Under the pieces are notes generated by a model. It was not told where the DNA came from. It saw nothing but the letters and a program-made list of their open reading frames with translations, and made no database searches. From sequence record SRR20825006_2260: a stretch of 41,919 nt of DNA; one strand, 5' to 3'. Positions 1 to 9,171 of the stretch are shown one piece after another. Positions within the stretch are counted from its first letter, which is position 1. Each line of letters opens with the position of its first letter. Both the position numbers and the translations under genes were made by a program.

Positions 1-13
1 GTCGGCAACAATA

Positions 14-28
14 CCTACACGCAGTAGG
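14..28. promoter_or_regulatory. Candidate BlaI operator (CCTAC-N5-GTAGG inverted repeat)
   Basis: Palindrome CCTAC ACGCA GTAGG 27 nt upstream of the blaI start; resembles the TAC..GTA cores bound by BlaI/MecI/CopY repressors. Confidence 0.5.
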
Positions 29-55
29 CACACAACGTTTTCGAGGAAATGGGAC

Positions 56-490
56 ATGGCGAAGCCAGATACGACACCGTTGACGGAAGCACAGCGTGAG
101 ATCATGGAGGTTGTCTGGGACCAAGAGGAGGTCACAGTCACACAGGTACGAGATGAATTGGCACAGCGACGCGAGGTCGCTCGCAACACGATCCAAACGA
201 TGATCGTCCGTCTAGAGGAACGCGGATGGCTGAAACATCGGACCGAAGGCCGAACGTTCTGGTACTCGGCCAACCGACCCCGCACGGCTTCCCTTGGTGC
301 AAAGGTCGCCCAAATGGTCGACCGACTGTTCGCCGGTTCGCCCGAGGAAATGGTTACGGCGTTGATGGAATATCGCGGGCTGTCGGCCGATGAAGCCGAT
401 CGGATTCGCAAGATGATCGACACGGTCGAGACGAAATTGTCCAAGAAAGCCAATCGAAAACCGAGCAAAAAACGCGGAGGTCAATTATGA
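56..490 (+). CDS. blaI: BlaI/MecI/CopY family transcriptional repressor
   Basis: LTEAQREIMEVVW...VARNTIQTMIVRLEERGWL winged helix, VDRLFAGS dimerisation motif; ATGA overlap with the M56 gene; GAGG upstream. Confidence 0.93.
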   Translation: MAKPDTTPLTEAQREIMEVVWDQEEVTVTQVRDELAQRREVARNTIQTMIVRLEERGWLKHRTEGRTFWYSANRPRTASLGAKVAQMVDRLFAGSPEEMVTALMEYRGLSADEADRIRKMIDTVETKLSKKANRKPSKKRGGQL

Positions 491-3400
491 ATACGTTCTC
501 CGACCATTTTGTCCTATGGGTGATCAACGTCCTGATTCATTCAACGGTTTTGGCAGCCGTTCTATTGTGCGTCGCAATGTTGTTTCGCAGGCGAGCCGCC
601 ATGCGTTATTGGATACTTTGCTGTGGCCTGCTTTTGGTGTTGGCCAGTCCCGCCGTATCGGCACTCGTTCAATCGCAAGGCAGTGGTTGTTTGACGCTCG
701 CTCTGCCTAGTGAAACCGCTCCAACGGTAACGGTCGCCGTGGCCGAGCAACCAACGTGGGCAAACGACTCGCCAATGAAAAGCTTGCCGACACAGCACGT
801 CGATGCATCCATCGCGCCGCCGGTCTTGGACGCGGGCAGGATGGAAGAGATTGCAAGCACGCCCGTCGTGAGCAAGCCAATGATGGTTGCGGATGTTCGA
901 GCAAACCCTTCCCCACCTACGCCCGCCGTGAAAGACTCTCGCTCACCAATGCAGTGGCTGGCGATCATCGTGACCATCGCCACGGTAGTTTGGGCCGTGG
1001 TTGCAACGTTGTTGCTGATGCGAATGGCAATTGGCTGGATCCGCCTAGCAGGAATCCTACGCCGAGCGGAACCCATCGCTGATCCTGATTACCTGGCCGC
1101 GTTCACAAAAGCCTGTGCTCTGACCGGTTGCCGTGAGGGACACACGCCCTGTTTAGTTGCGTCCAACGAAATTTCTGGTCCACTCGCCGCGGGCATCTTT
1201 GCTGGTTCGGTTGTCCTTCCCAAGCGGTTGATTGCCGATTCGAGACCGACCGAGCTTGCCGAAGTCTTTGTTCATGAAGTCGCACACGTCGTCCGGCGAG
1301 ACCAGATTGTCGTCTTGTTGCAAAACCTGGTCGCAGCGATCTATTGGCCGCATCCACTGGTCCGGAAACTCAACCGCGAACTCGCCAAAGCCCGCGAAGA
1401 AGTCTGCGACAACTTTGTGTTGGCAACCACTGAAGCCCCCATCTACAGCCGCACACTGTTGTCGCTAGCTCAACTTGTTCAGCAGCCTGAAACGATCCCC
1501 GGCAGCGTCGGCTTCTTCGCGTCACGTTGGAAATTAGAACATCGCGTGGCGGGACTACTAGATGAAGCCCGCGACACGCAAACGTTCCTCAGCCGGCGCG
1601 GATGGGCATTTGTCTTGGCATCGACTGTCGGGCTGTTGGCCGCGATCTGTGTTGGCACCGTTACGATTGCGACTGCACAGAATTCGAATGAAGATTCGGT
1701 TGCCGAGTCCGAAGCAAATTCGAGCGAGATTGAGATCAGTGGCATTGTCTGTGAACAAAGCGGAGATCCAATTGGCGGGGCAACGATTTGGTTGGCAGTC
1801 ACATCGTTCGAGTTCAATAGCGAAGTGAACATGGAGAATCGTGAGGGCCTGCTGCGCGAGTTGGGTTCAACCGATGAGAGGGGCCGTTTTGACTTCTTGC
1901 TTGATGAAGCAACGACTTCGGAAATCCGCGAATGCTCTCGATTCGCTCGAGTTCAAATCGTTGCAACTTCTGATGGGCATGGGATGGATTGGTTGCCACT
2001 GGATGTGTTCCAGGACGATCCAATTCCCAATAAGGAGAGAGATTTACTGCAGTCCAGAATCGACGACGCGTTTGGCGATGGACGGTTCGCTAGCAGAACA
2101 CTTGTCATGCGCCCTGAATCGCAGCCGGTTCGGGGGCGGATCATCGATCTGGAAGGTAACAAATTATCGAATGTAACCGTGATCGTCGAAAGCCTTCGTC
2201 AACCAAACGTTCCGCAGCTGACGAACGCCCTGGAGAATGCTTGGAAACAGGGCGTTTATGACGCGATGAATTCCACTGGCATCGCCGGCGGACTTGCCAG
2301 AAGCGAGCTGCAAAAACTCTTCCCGCCAGCAAAGACGGACGAAAACGGCGAGTTTCAAATTCGCGGCATCGGCGATGATCAACTAGCTACGCTCGTCTTT
2401 CAAGACGAACGTATCGAAGCCTGCCCCGTGCATGTTGTCGGTCGCGAGATGGAGACGCTCAGCCTACCACACATGGATCAATATCCCGACGGAACGAAGG
2501 ATTTGTTCGTCGGACGAGAATTCAACTATTCCGCTGCTCCATCAATTCCGGTCGAAGGGACTGTCACGGACTACGACACGGGCAAACCTATCTCAGGCGT
2601 ATTGGTCTCTGTCGAACGCCTATTCCGACGCGAATATGCAAAGTTGCGGCTGGACACTCGCCAGATGCGTGCGGTGACCGATGAGCAAGGTCGCTTTCGC
2701 ATCATTGGTATGCCGCCAGGCGACGGGCACATTATTGAAGCGGTGCCGCCGAAATCCGAACCTTACCTACCTGCACCGCAGGAAGTTTCACTGAGTCTTG
2801 AGGATGGCAAAACGAAGCGTATCGAGATTCAGGTCAAGCGGGGCGTCTGGATCGAAGGGCGTATCACGGATAAAGAAAGTGGGGAACCACGATCAGCGGC
2901 AATCGAGTACATGGCGATGGGTAAGAACCCATACGCGATGGATATCGCCGGTTGGGATCCCAAGTTGAGGCTAGATCCTGTCCGGGTCTATCAGCGATAC
3001 GTAACGGATAGTGACGGCCGTTATCGTTTGCCCGGTCTGTCAGGTCCTGGGGTGTTGTTGGTCACGTCGCTCGATCCTGGCTATCCGCTCGCCGCCGGTG
3101 CCGAGACGATCGATGGCTATGATCCGTCGACCGGTAAAATTCCGACACTACCGGTTCCCTTCCCGGCCTCGGATTGGCATCTGCTAAAACAGATCAATCC
3201 TGCCAAAGACGCAACCTCATTGACGAGTGACCTAACGCTCGATGGAGGTGTTCGCATTCCTGGCCGCGTCGTCGGCCCCGATGGCAAACCCATTTCGAAT
3301 CTCTACGCCCTCGGGTTAACGGAAGGCGACCCGTACTGGACCCCAAACAGTCCCGACAAAGCACTCTTGACCGAACGGTTCATGGTCAACGGCTACGACG

Positions 3401-5880
3401 GCAAGGGCCCGCGTCAATCGTTCTTTAAAAATCAAGACGAAACGCTGGTTGGACAGTACCGGCTCGAAGGCACCGCACCACCGGAAATTGCTGTCAAACT
3501 CGAACCGTCCGTGCGAGTCACCGGACGTTTAATCGAGAACGAAACTGGTCTTCCCGCGGCGCGATACTTTGTTGGCTGCCAGGAACTTTTGCTAAACGGA
3601 AACGCTCCGCCATTGGACTTCATGATTCGTTGGTGTCACACCAACAACGCTGGCGAATTTGAGATCAAAGGTCTGATGGCCGGTCATGTCTACAAGATGA
3701 AGGCTCACAATCGAATCGGCAACAAAGTTGACTTCACGATTGACCTGACCAAAGCCAAGCCGGGAGAGACCATCGAACTTGCTGATGTCCCTCAGCCCGG
3801 AACTCATGGTGCGAACGATTCAATATCTTCATCAACGATGAAGAAATCAAACGCTGTCGCCAGCGTCAGCACTGGACGTCGCCAGAACAAATCGGAAGAT
3901 CAAGCGGCGCACTCACCCATCCGCATTACCGGACGCGTAATCGATCCCAACGGCAACCCGGTTTCTGGCGCGAAAATCTTTTATGCCGGCAGCTTAGTCG
4001 AGCCGCTGTCGGATGAAGAGCAAGCGATTCCGTTGGCGGTCAGCCAGCAGAACGGTTTGTTCGAGTTCGCTATCCCCCTATCAAAACGTTCTCAGTCTTA
4101 TGACGAACGACTCCTGAGATATGGGACCGTGGTGGCAACCCTGGATGGTTTTTCCCCCGCAGTGGCGAACTTGCACGACAGCGTTTCGGACCAACCGCTT
4201 GAACTGCGTCTTGCCATTGAGGACGAGCCGCTATCTGGTCGAATCCTTGATCTGCAAGGTCAGCCCGTACCTAAGGTAAAAGTAACTTTCAACGCTCTTG
4301 AAGTTCCCGTGCCCGACAGTCTTGGGGTCGGCGCTTGGCGAAAGATGCTTGCTAATCGACCGGACGGGATGGCGGTCCAGCGTAAGTTTTTCTCACTCGC
4401 GATGCTGCCATCATTCCTTAGCAAGAGGCAGGTTGAAACGGATGCGGAGGGACGATTCGAGATGCCGAGCTTTGGTTCCGGTCGAATCGTGGCATTGTTG
4501 ACTGAGGGTCCGACGATCCAAACGCAAGAAATCCGCGTGGTCACTGGGGATCCAATCGACCCTATCTCGGTTCCCTGGTACGAGAATGCACCGGCGTTAG
4601 GAACGCTTCACTATGTTGCGAACAACTTCAACTTTGTCGCGGGACCCACACGGCCGATTACTGGCGTAGTAAGGGATCTGGACACTGGCGAGCCATTAAG
4701 CGGGTTCAGTGTTTCCGGAGGCGCGGTTGGCAATCCGATGCGACTCGTTGAAACGACGTCGGATCAGCAAGGCCGTTATCGATTGACGGGGGTACCTGCT
4801 AGTGGAAAGCAGACACTCACCGTTCTGCCGCCGGATGGCCAGCCCTACGTTTCGGTTGAGCGGGGAGTTGAGATTTCTCCAGACGAAGATCCGTTGGAGA
4901 TCGATTTAACCGCACCAAGAGGCGTTTGGGTGGAGGGAAAAGTTGTTGATCTCCGAACTGGTAGATCCGCAGGTGCCAATCTTTTCTATTTCGTTTTTGA
5001 GAAGAACCAAGCCTATCAGCAGCTTAGAAAGAACGGATTAGGGCTGCGAACTGACATGTCGCGTTCGTCGACGAACGATGACGGAACCTTTCGCATCGCC
5101 GTTCTTCCGGGCAGCGGAGTCATTGCGGCAAGAGGGTTTCGCGACGACTACATGATGGGGGTCGGTTATGAGTTGATCGTCGAAGGCAGACAATCCGATG
5201 GCGATAGTTTTCTGAGGACCGCCCCATATCTTTGCTACACAAGAAATTATCACACGGTCGTGGAGGTGAACCCCGCGGTGGTGGACAATAAAATGACGAT
5301 CTCGATTGGCCTCGATCCGGGGTTAGCAACCGAAGGGCGTGTTGTCGACCCGCAAGGGAAGCCCTTGGCAGGAGCGTCCATTCGCGGAACGCGTCCCATG
5401 TCGTATTGGCGTCAAAGCGATACGGCTGAATTCAAGGCGATTGGATTTACGAAAGGTAAATCGCGGCAACTTCTATTTTGGCATGAGGAACGCAACCTAG
5501 CTGGGCAGGCTGTGATCTCGCCAGAGGGAGAAAACGAAACAATCAAGCTCCAACCAGCCGCCACCATCACCGCGCGACTTCTCGACACCAGTGGTGTCCC
5601 GATCAGAGACACTCCAATCGTTTCGTACAACCATGGAATGAATGAAGACAGCGGTGTCGAGCATGATTTTGTCAGCGTGCCTCAATCGCTTGACATTCGG
5701 ACTGACCAGGATGGACGTTTTCGGGTAACGAGTTTGGTTCCTGGGTTGAAATACGATTTCGGATTTGAAAATGAACCAAATCGTTTCCCTATCCCTTGCA
5801 TCAAGGGTGTAACCCTCACCCCAGGCGAGACACGTGATCTCGGTGATTGCAAGCCGCTTCCTGAACCCAAGACGAGGTGA
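487..5880 (+). CDS. BlaR1-like peptidase M56 sensor/anti-repressor with large C-terminal region of carboxypeptidase-regulatory-like (beta-sandwich) repeats
   Basis: N-terminal TM helices, HEVAHVVRRD zinc motif, YWPHPLV, REEVCD, LEHRV; then repeated G.V.D..G.P / TD..G.F motifs. Confidence 0.9.
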   Translation: MNTFSDHFVLWVINVLIHSTVLAAVLLCVAMLFRRRAAMRYWILCCGLLLVLASPAVSALVQSQGSGCLTLALPSETAPTVTVAVAEQPTWANDSPMKSLPTQHVDASIAPPVLDAGRMEEIASTPVVSKPMMVADVRANPSPPTPAVKDSRSPMQWLAIIVTIATVVWAVVATLLLMRMAIGWIRLAGILRRAEPIADPDYLAAFTKACALTGCREGHTPCLVASNEISGPLAAGIFAGSVVLPKRLIADSRPTELAEVFVHEVAHVVRRDQIVVLLQNLVAAIYWPHPLVRKLNRELAKAREEVCDNFVLATTEAPIYSRTLLSLAQLVQQPETIPGSVGFFASRWKLEHRVAGLLDEARDTQTFLSRRGWAFVLASTVGLLAAICVGTVTIATAQNSNEDSVAESEANSSEIEISGIVCEQSGDPIGGATIWLAVTSFEFNSEVNMENREGLLRELGSTDERGRFDFLLDEATTSEIRECSRFARVQIVATSDGHGMDWLPLDVFQDDPIPNKERDLLQSRIDDAFGDGRFASRTLVMRPESQPVRGRIIDLEGNKLSNVTVIVESLRQPNVPQLTNALENAWKQGVYDAMNSTGIAGGLARSELQKLFPPAKTDENGEFQIRGIGDDQLATLVFQDERIEACPVHVVGREMETLSLPHMDQYPDGTKDLFVGREFNYSAAPSIPVEGTVTDYDTGKPISGVLVSVERLFRREYAKLRLDTRQMRAVTDEQGRFRIIGMPPGDGHIIEAVPPKSEPYLPAPQEVSLSLEDGKTKRIEIQVKRGVWIEGRITDKESGEPRSAAIEYMAMGKNPYAMDIAGWDPKLRLDPVRVYQRYVTDSDGRYRLPGLSGPGVLLVTSLDPGYPLAAGAETIDGYDPSTGKIPTLPVPFPASDWHLLKQINPAKDATSLTSDLTLDGGVRIPGRVVGPDGKPISNLYALGLTEGDPYWTPNSPDKALLTERFMVNGYDGKGPRQSFFKNQDETLVGQYRLEGTAPPEIAVKLEPSVRVTGRLIENETGLPAARYFVGCQELLLNGNAPPLDFMIRWCHTNNAGEFEIKGLMAGHVYKMKAHNRIGNKVDFTIDLTKAKPGETIELADVPQPGTHGANDSISSSTMKKSNAVASVSTGRRQNKSEDQAAHSPIRITGRVIDPNGNPVSGAKIFYAGSLVEPLSDEEQAIPLAVSQQNGLFEFAIPLSKRSQSYDERLLRYGTVVATLDGFSPAVANLHDSVSDQPLELRLAIEDEPLSGRILDLQGQPVPKVKVTFNALEVPVPDSLGVGAWRKMLANRPDGMAVQRKFFSLAMLPSFLSKRQVETDAEGRFEMPSFGSGRIVALLTEGPTIQTQEIRVVTGDPIDPISVPWYENAPALGTLHYVANNFNFVAGPTRPITGVVRDLDTGEPLSGFSVSGGAVGNPMRLVETTSDQQGRYRLTGVPASGKQTLTVLPPDGQPYVSVERGVEISPDEDPLEIDLTAPRGVWVEGKVVDLRTGRSAGANLFYFVFEKNQAYQQLRKNGLGLRTDMSRSSTNDDGTFRIAVLPGSGVIAARGFRDDYMMGVGYELIVEGRQSDGDSFLRTAPYLCYTRNYHTVVEVNPAVVDNKMTISIGLDPGLATEGRVVDPQGKPLAGASIRGTRPMSYWRQSDTAEFKAIGFTKGKSRQLLFWHEERNLAGQAVISPEGENETIKLQPAATITARLLDTSGVPIRDTPIVSYNHGMNEDSGVEHDFVSVPQSLDIRTDQDGRFRVTSLVPGLKYDFGFENEPNRFPIPCIKGVTLTPGETRDLGDCKPLPEPKTR

Positions 5881-7790
5881 CCGTTAAGTCGAGCAAGCCA
5901 ACAAAGCCAAGTGAAGTTCCGTCCCAGAACATCAGCGGCACGGTCCGGGGTGTAGATGGATCGCTAGTTCGTGATGCAATGGTTGCTGTCGTTGCCAGTA
6001 AGAAAACAGAAGACGGTTACGTAACAACGCTCGCATCGCAACAGGCAAGGTCCAACGCGCAGGGAAAGTTTGAACTTGACGTGACATTCACCGATAAGAC
6101 GTATCGACCTCAACTGATCGTTCGCAAAAACGACTCGTCGCTCAAAATCATTGACATTGACTTGAAGTCAATCCAGGATCGCTACGACATTGAACTGAGT
6201 GTCTCACAACCGCTGCGAATCCGGCTCGTTGATTTGGAAGGGCAACCGGCAGACAACCTCACACTTGATTGGCTCTTCTTTCGCAACCTCACTGATCGTC
6301 CGGCGGTTGTTCCACCGAGGATGCAAACGGATGCTAATGGCTACGTCACGATCGAGCATGTTGCCTTGGGCGATGGCATCTGGCTGGAAGTCTTTGGCGA
6401 CGAACGTTTCGCGCCGCAGACATTGTCGATCAATACGGATGAACCCGAGGTACGCCCCGAACGCGATGCCACCTACCGTCCGAACGTCAAGAAGGTTCCG
6501 CCCGACAATACCGTGACGATTCCGTTGGCACCGTCGCAGCCATTTTCGGGTCAGGTACTTCTCGGCGATACAGACCAGCCTGCAGCGAACGCTCCGATTT
6601 CGATCTGGTCCAGCCAACAGCAAGCAAGCGGCTCGATGGTCACGCTCCATTCCAAGACGGATAGGCAAAGGCGTTTTACGCTCAATCCATATCCCGGCAT
6701 GAGGTATGGCATCCAAGTCGATCCGCCCGAGGATACACCGTATCAATCGGTTCAGCTTCGTGACTTGCGATGGAGTTCGGGGAAGGAGACATCAGCAATG
6801 AAAATCCGGTTGCCCGAAGGATGGATCGCTGGAGGTCAGGTCACGCATGCAGTGACGGGTGAACCCATTTCGGGAGTCTACGTGCAATACCTCGCTGACG
6901 CAAAGAATCCGAATCGAACACCGGACTTCATCGAAGGCTGGCAGGCAGCTGTTCGTACGGACGGAGAAGGGCGTTTTCGCGTGACCGCACTCCCTGGACT
7001 TGGCACGCTAGTCGCCCATGCAGGAAAATCCAAGCCGTTTGTGATGAAATCGATGGGCAGCCGCGAAGTGCGAATCGGCCAACCAGGCGGAACGCGTTAT
7101 TACGCTCACGCTTTTCAGAGGCTTGTATCTGGAAAAGGCAACCCAACAACCTCTCTCAAGCTTCAGCCTTCGTTGCCGCTGCTTCTACACCTGCAGGACC
7201 ATGAGGGAAAGCCGATCGAACATGCAAGCTACACCTCGGTGCTAGAGGGAGGTCCGTTGGACATTGTCTACCGTGGTTCCGCAGAACCCATCGTTTCAGA
7301 TCAAACTGTCTTGCACGGATTGGCGCGAGGAGACAAGCGGCGGATTTATGTTTGGCATGAAGACCGAAAGTTGGGCGCCGCAGCAACGCTCATCGGCGGC
7401 AAGAAGGCCCAGACAATCACAATGCGTCCCGCGGGCAGCGCGACAATGAGATTTGTCGATCAGTCCGGTGATCCAATTGCCGATCAGCCGCTTGGACGGT
7501 TCATTGGCCTGCAGTTTGTTATGACGGAAACATCCGGCAGCAAAACATCCGAAGAGCGTTTACTTCCCGACATGGACTTCTACTGGAACTTCAAACGTGA
7601 TCGTCGGGATGCTGAGCCGAGGACGGACAGCGACGGGCGAGTGATGCTGGAGAATCTCATTCCAGGAGTGCCTTACGAAATCCACTACTCGCTTGATAAA
7701 GAGATCAAAACAGCCCGGTTCGTTGTCGAACCAGGAGAGCAAGCCGACCTGGGAAACATCATCAATGACGGTCTAGAGGAACTTCGATGA
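5877..7790 (+). CDS. Carboxypeptidase-regulatory-like repeat protein (third module of the M56 sensor; possibly frameshifted C-terminus)
   Basis: Same motif series as the M56 extracellular modules (ISGTVRG, TDGEGRFRV..LPG.G, PGEQADLG); GTG start overlaps the TGA; no signal peptide. Confidence 0.75.
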   Translation: MTVKSSKPTKPSEVPSQNISGTVRGVDGSLVRDAMVAVVASKKTEDGYVTTLASQQARSNAQGKFELDVTFTDKTYRPQLIVRKNDSSLKIIDIDLKSIQDRYDIELSVSQPLRIRLVDLEGQPADNLTLDWLFFRNLTDRPAVVPPRMQTDANGYVTIEHVALGDGIWLEVFGDERFAPQTLSINTDEPEVRPERDATYRPNVKKVPPDNTVTIPLAPSQPFSGQVLLGDTDQPAANAPISIWSSQQQASGSMVTLHSKTDRQRRFTLNPYPGMRYGIQVDPPEDTPYQSVQLRDLRWSSGKETSAMKIRLPEGWIAGGQVTHAVTGEPISGVYVQYLADAKNPNRTPDFIEGWQAAVRTDGEGRFRVTALPGLGTLVAHAGKSKPFVMKSMGSREVRIGQPGGTRYYAHAFQRLVSGKGNPTTSLKLQPSLPLLLHLQDHEGKPIEHASYTSVLEGGPLDIVYRGSAEPIVSDQTVLHGLARGDKRRIYVWHEDRKLGAAATLIGGKKAQTITMRPAGSATMRFVDQSGDPIADQPLGRFIGLQFVMTETSGSKTSEERLLPDMDFYWNFKRDRRDAEPRTDSDGRVMLENLIPGVPYEIHYSLDKEIKTARFVVEPGEQADLGNIINDGLEELR

Positions 7791-9142
7791 CGGCTGCCAC
7801 CAAAACTCATTGGCGGCCGTTTGTGCTAAGCGATGCGACGCCTTGGAATCTTCACCGGGGCCATCATCTGCATCGACGTGCAGGGTTCGGCGCAAATTGG
7901 GATGAATTGCAACGTGATATCAATGCCGGTCCGGACGCTGCCGTTGGTCGCATGCTCGGCACGAAAACCGGTGGTGGACGAGGCTACGAGTCCCATCCGC
8001 ACGGACTCGTAGCCTCGTCCACTACGAAGAGCGATAAGTTTGATTCACTTGAGCAGTTGATTGGCGACGCCGCGGTCAGTTCCGGTGATATCAATCGACT
8101 GAAGGCGTGGTGGTTTTACCGGATGTTGTATTCGGGTGATCCTTTAACCGAACGCATGACGCTGATGTGGCACAACCACTTTGCCACTAGCAACTTGAAG
8201 ATCGCCAATGTCGCGATGATGAAACGCCAAAATGATTTGTTGCGCCAACATGCATTGGGCAAGTTCGGAGATCTCTTGCGAGCGGTCATCAAGGATGCCG
8301 CGATGATGGTGTGGTTGGATGCAAACGCCAATCGAAAAGGCAAACCGAACGAGAACCTCGCTCGCGAGTTGATGGAGTTGTTCACGCTAGGCGTTGGTCA
8401 TTACAGTGAAACCGATGTGAAGGAAGTCGCTCGTGCACTGACGGGCTGGACGGTTCGCGTCGGTGATTTCGTGAATGTGGCGGCTTACCACGATGATGAA
8501 ACCAAGCAAGTGCTCGGTGAGCAGGGGGATTTCGACGGAGACAGCGTCTTGGACATCCTGCTGAACCAGGAACCGCTTGCCCATCGAATCGCGATGCGTT
8601 TGTGCGAAGTCTTCTTTGGCGAGCATGTCATCACGGATGATTCGCTCGACGAACTGGCCGGCGGTCTTCGCGACCATGACATGAATATTGGCTGGGCCGT
8701 CGAGACCATTCTCCGCAGCGAAGCATTCTTTTCCGAGGACAACATCGGCAACCGTGTGCTTGACCCGGTTCAGTTCATGATTGGGCCTCTGCGAGCCTTG
8801 GAAATGACGGATCCGCCACCGAGCACTTTGTTGCTGGCGGAGTGGGCGTCCAAACTCGGCCAAGACTTGTTCTATCCACCCAATGTATTTGGCTGGCCCG
8901 GCGGACGATCGTGGCTAACGACCCGAACGATGATCGGTCGCGCGAACTATGTGTCTGCGTTGTCTCGTGGTGAATTGCATCGCCCAAGCAGGCCACCGGA
9001 CATGGCGGCTTTGGCGACGAAGCACGGCTTCTCGACACCGGCTGATCAATCCAAGTTCGCAAGCAGGTTGCTCCTGGGGCACGAAAATGCAACCGGCGAC
9101 ATGGAATCAATCCTCCGGCGACCGGCGTCGCAACTTGGTTAG
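7787..9142 (+). CDS. DUF1800 domain protein
   Basis: HLHRRAGFG, PLTERMTLMWHNHFATS, PNENLARELMELFTLG, ARALTGW, PPNVFGWPGG motifs. Confidence 0.92.
   Translation: MTAATKTHWRPFVLSDATPWNLHRGHHLHRRAGFGANWDELQRDINAGPDAAVGRMLGTKTGGGRGYESHPHGLVASSTTKSDKFDSLEQLIGDAAVSSGDINRLKAWWFYRMLYSGDPLTERMTLMWHNHFATSNLKIANVAMMKRQNDLLRQHALGKFGDLLRAVIKDAAMMVWLDANANRKGKPNENLARELMELFTLGVGHYSETDVKEVARALTGWTVRVGDFVNVAAYHDDETKQVLGEQGDFDGDSVLDILLNQEPLAHRIAMRLCEVFFGEHVITDDSLDELAGGLRDHDMNIGWAVETILRSEAFFSEDNIGNRVLDPVQFMIGPLRALEMTDPPPSTLLLAEWASKLGQDLFYPPNVFGWPGGRSWLTTRTMIGRANYVSALSRGELHRPSRPPDMAALATKHGFSTPADQSKFASRLLLGHENATGDMESILRRPASQLG
7971..8025. repeat. REP/REPIN-like palindromic element inserted in frame in the DUF1800 gene
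   Basis: Arms GTGGTGGACGAGGCTACGAGTCC (7971-7993) and GGACTCGTAGCCTCGTCCACTAC (8003-8025) are reverse complements at 22/23 nt; 9-nt loop; GTAG terminus on the minus strand. Confidence 0.8.
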
Positions 9143-9171
9143 TTGAATCCTTAAAGACACGGGAACAAACG

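Noticed and set aside
5878-5880. Selenocysteine or readthrough at the M56 TGA
   Set aside because: The same frame hits TAG about 25 codons later; the homologous continuation is in the -1 frame
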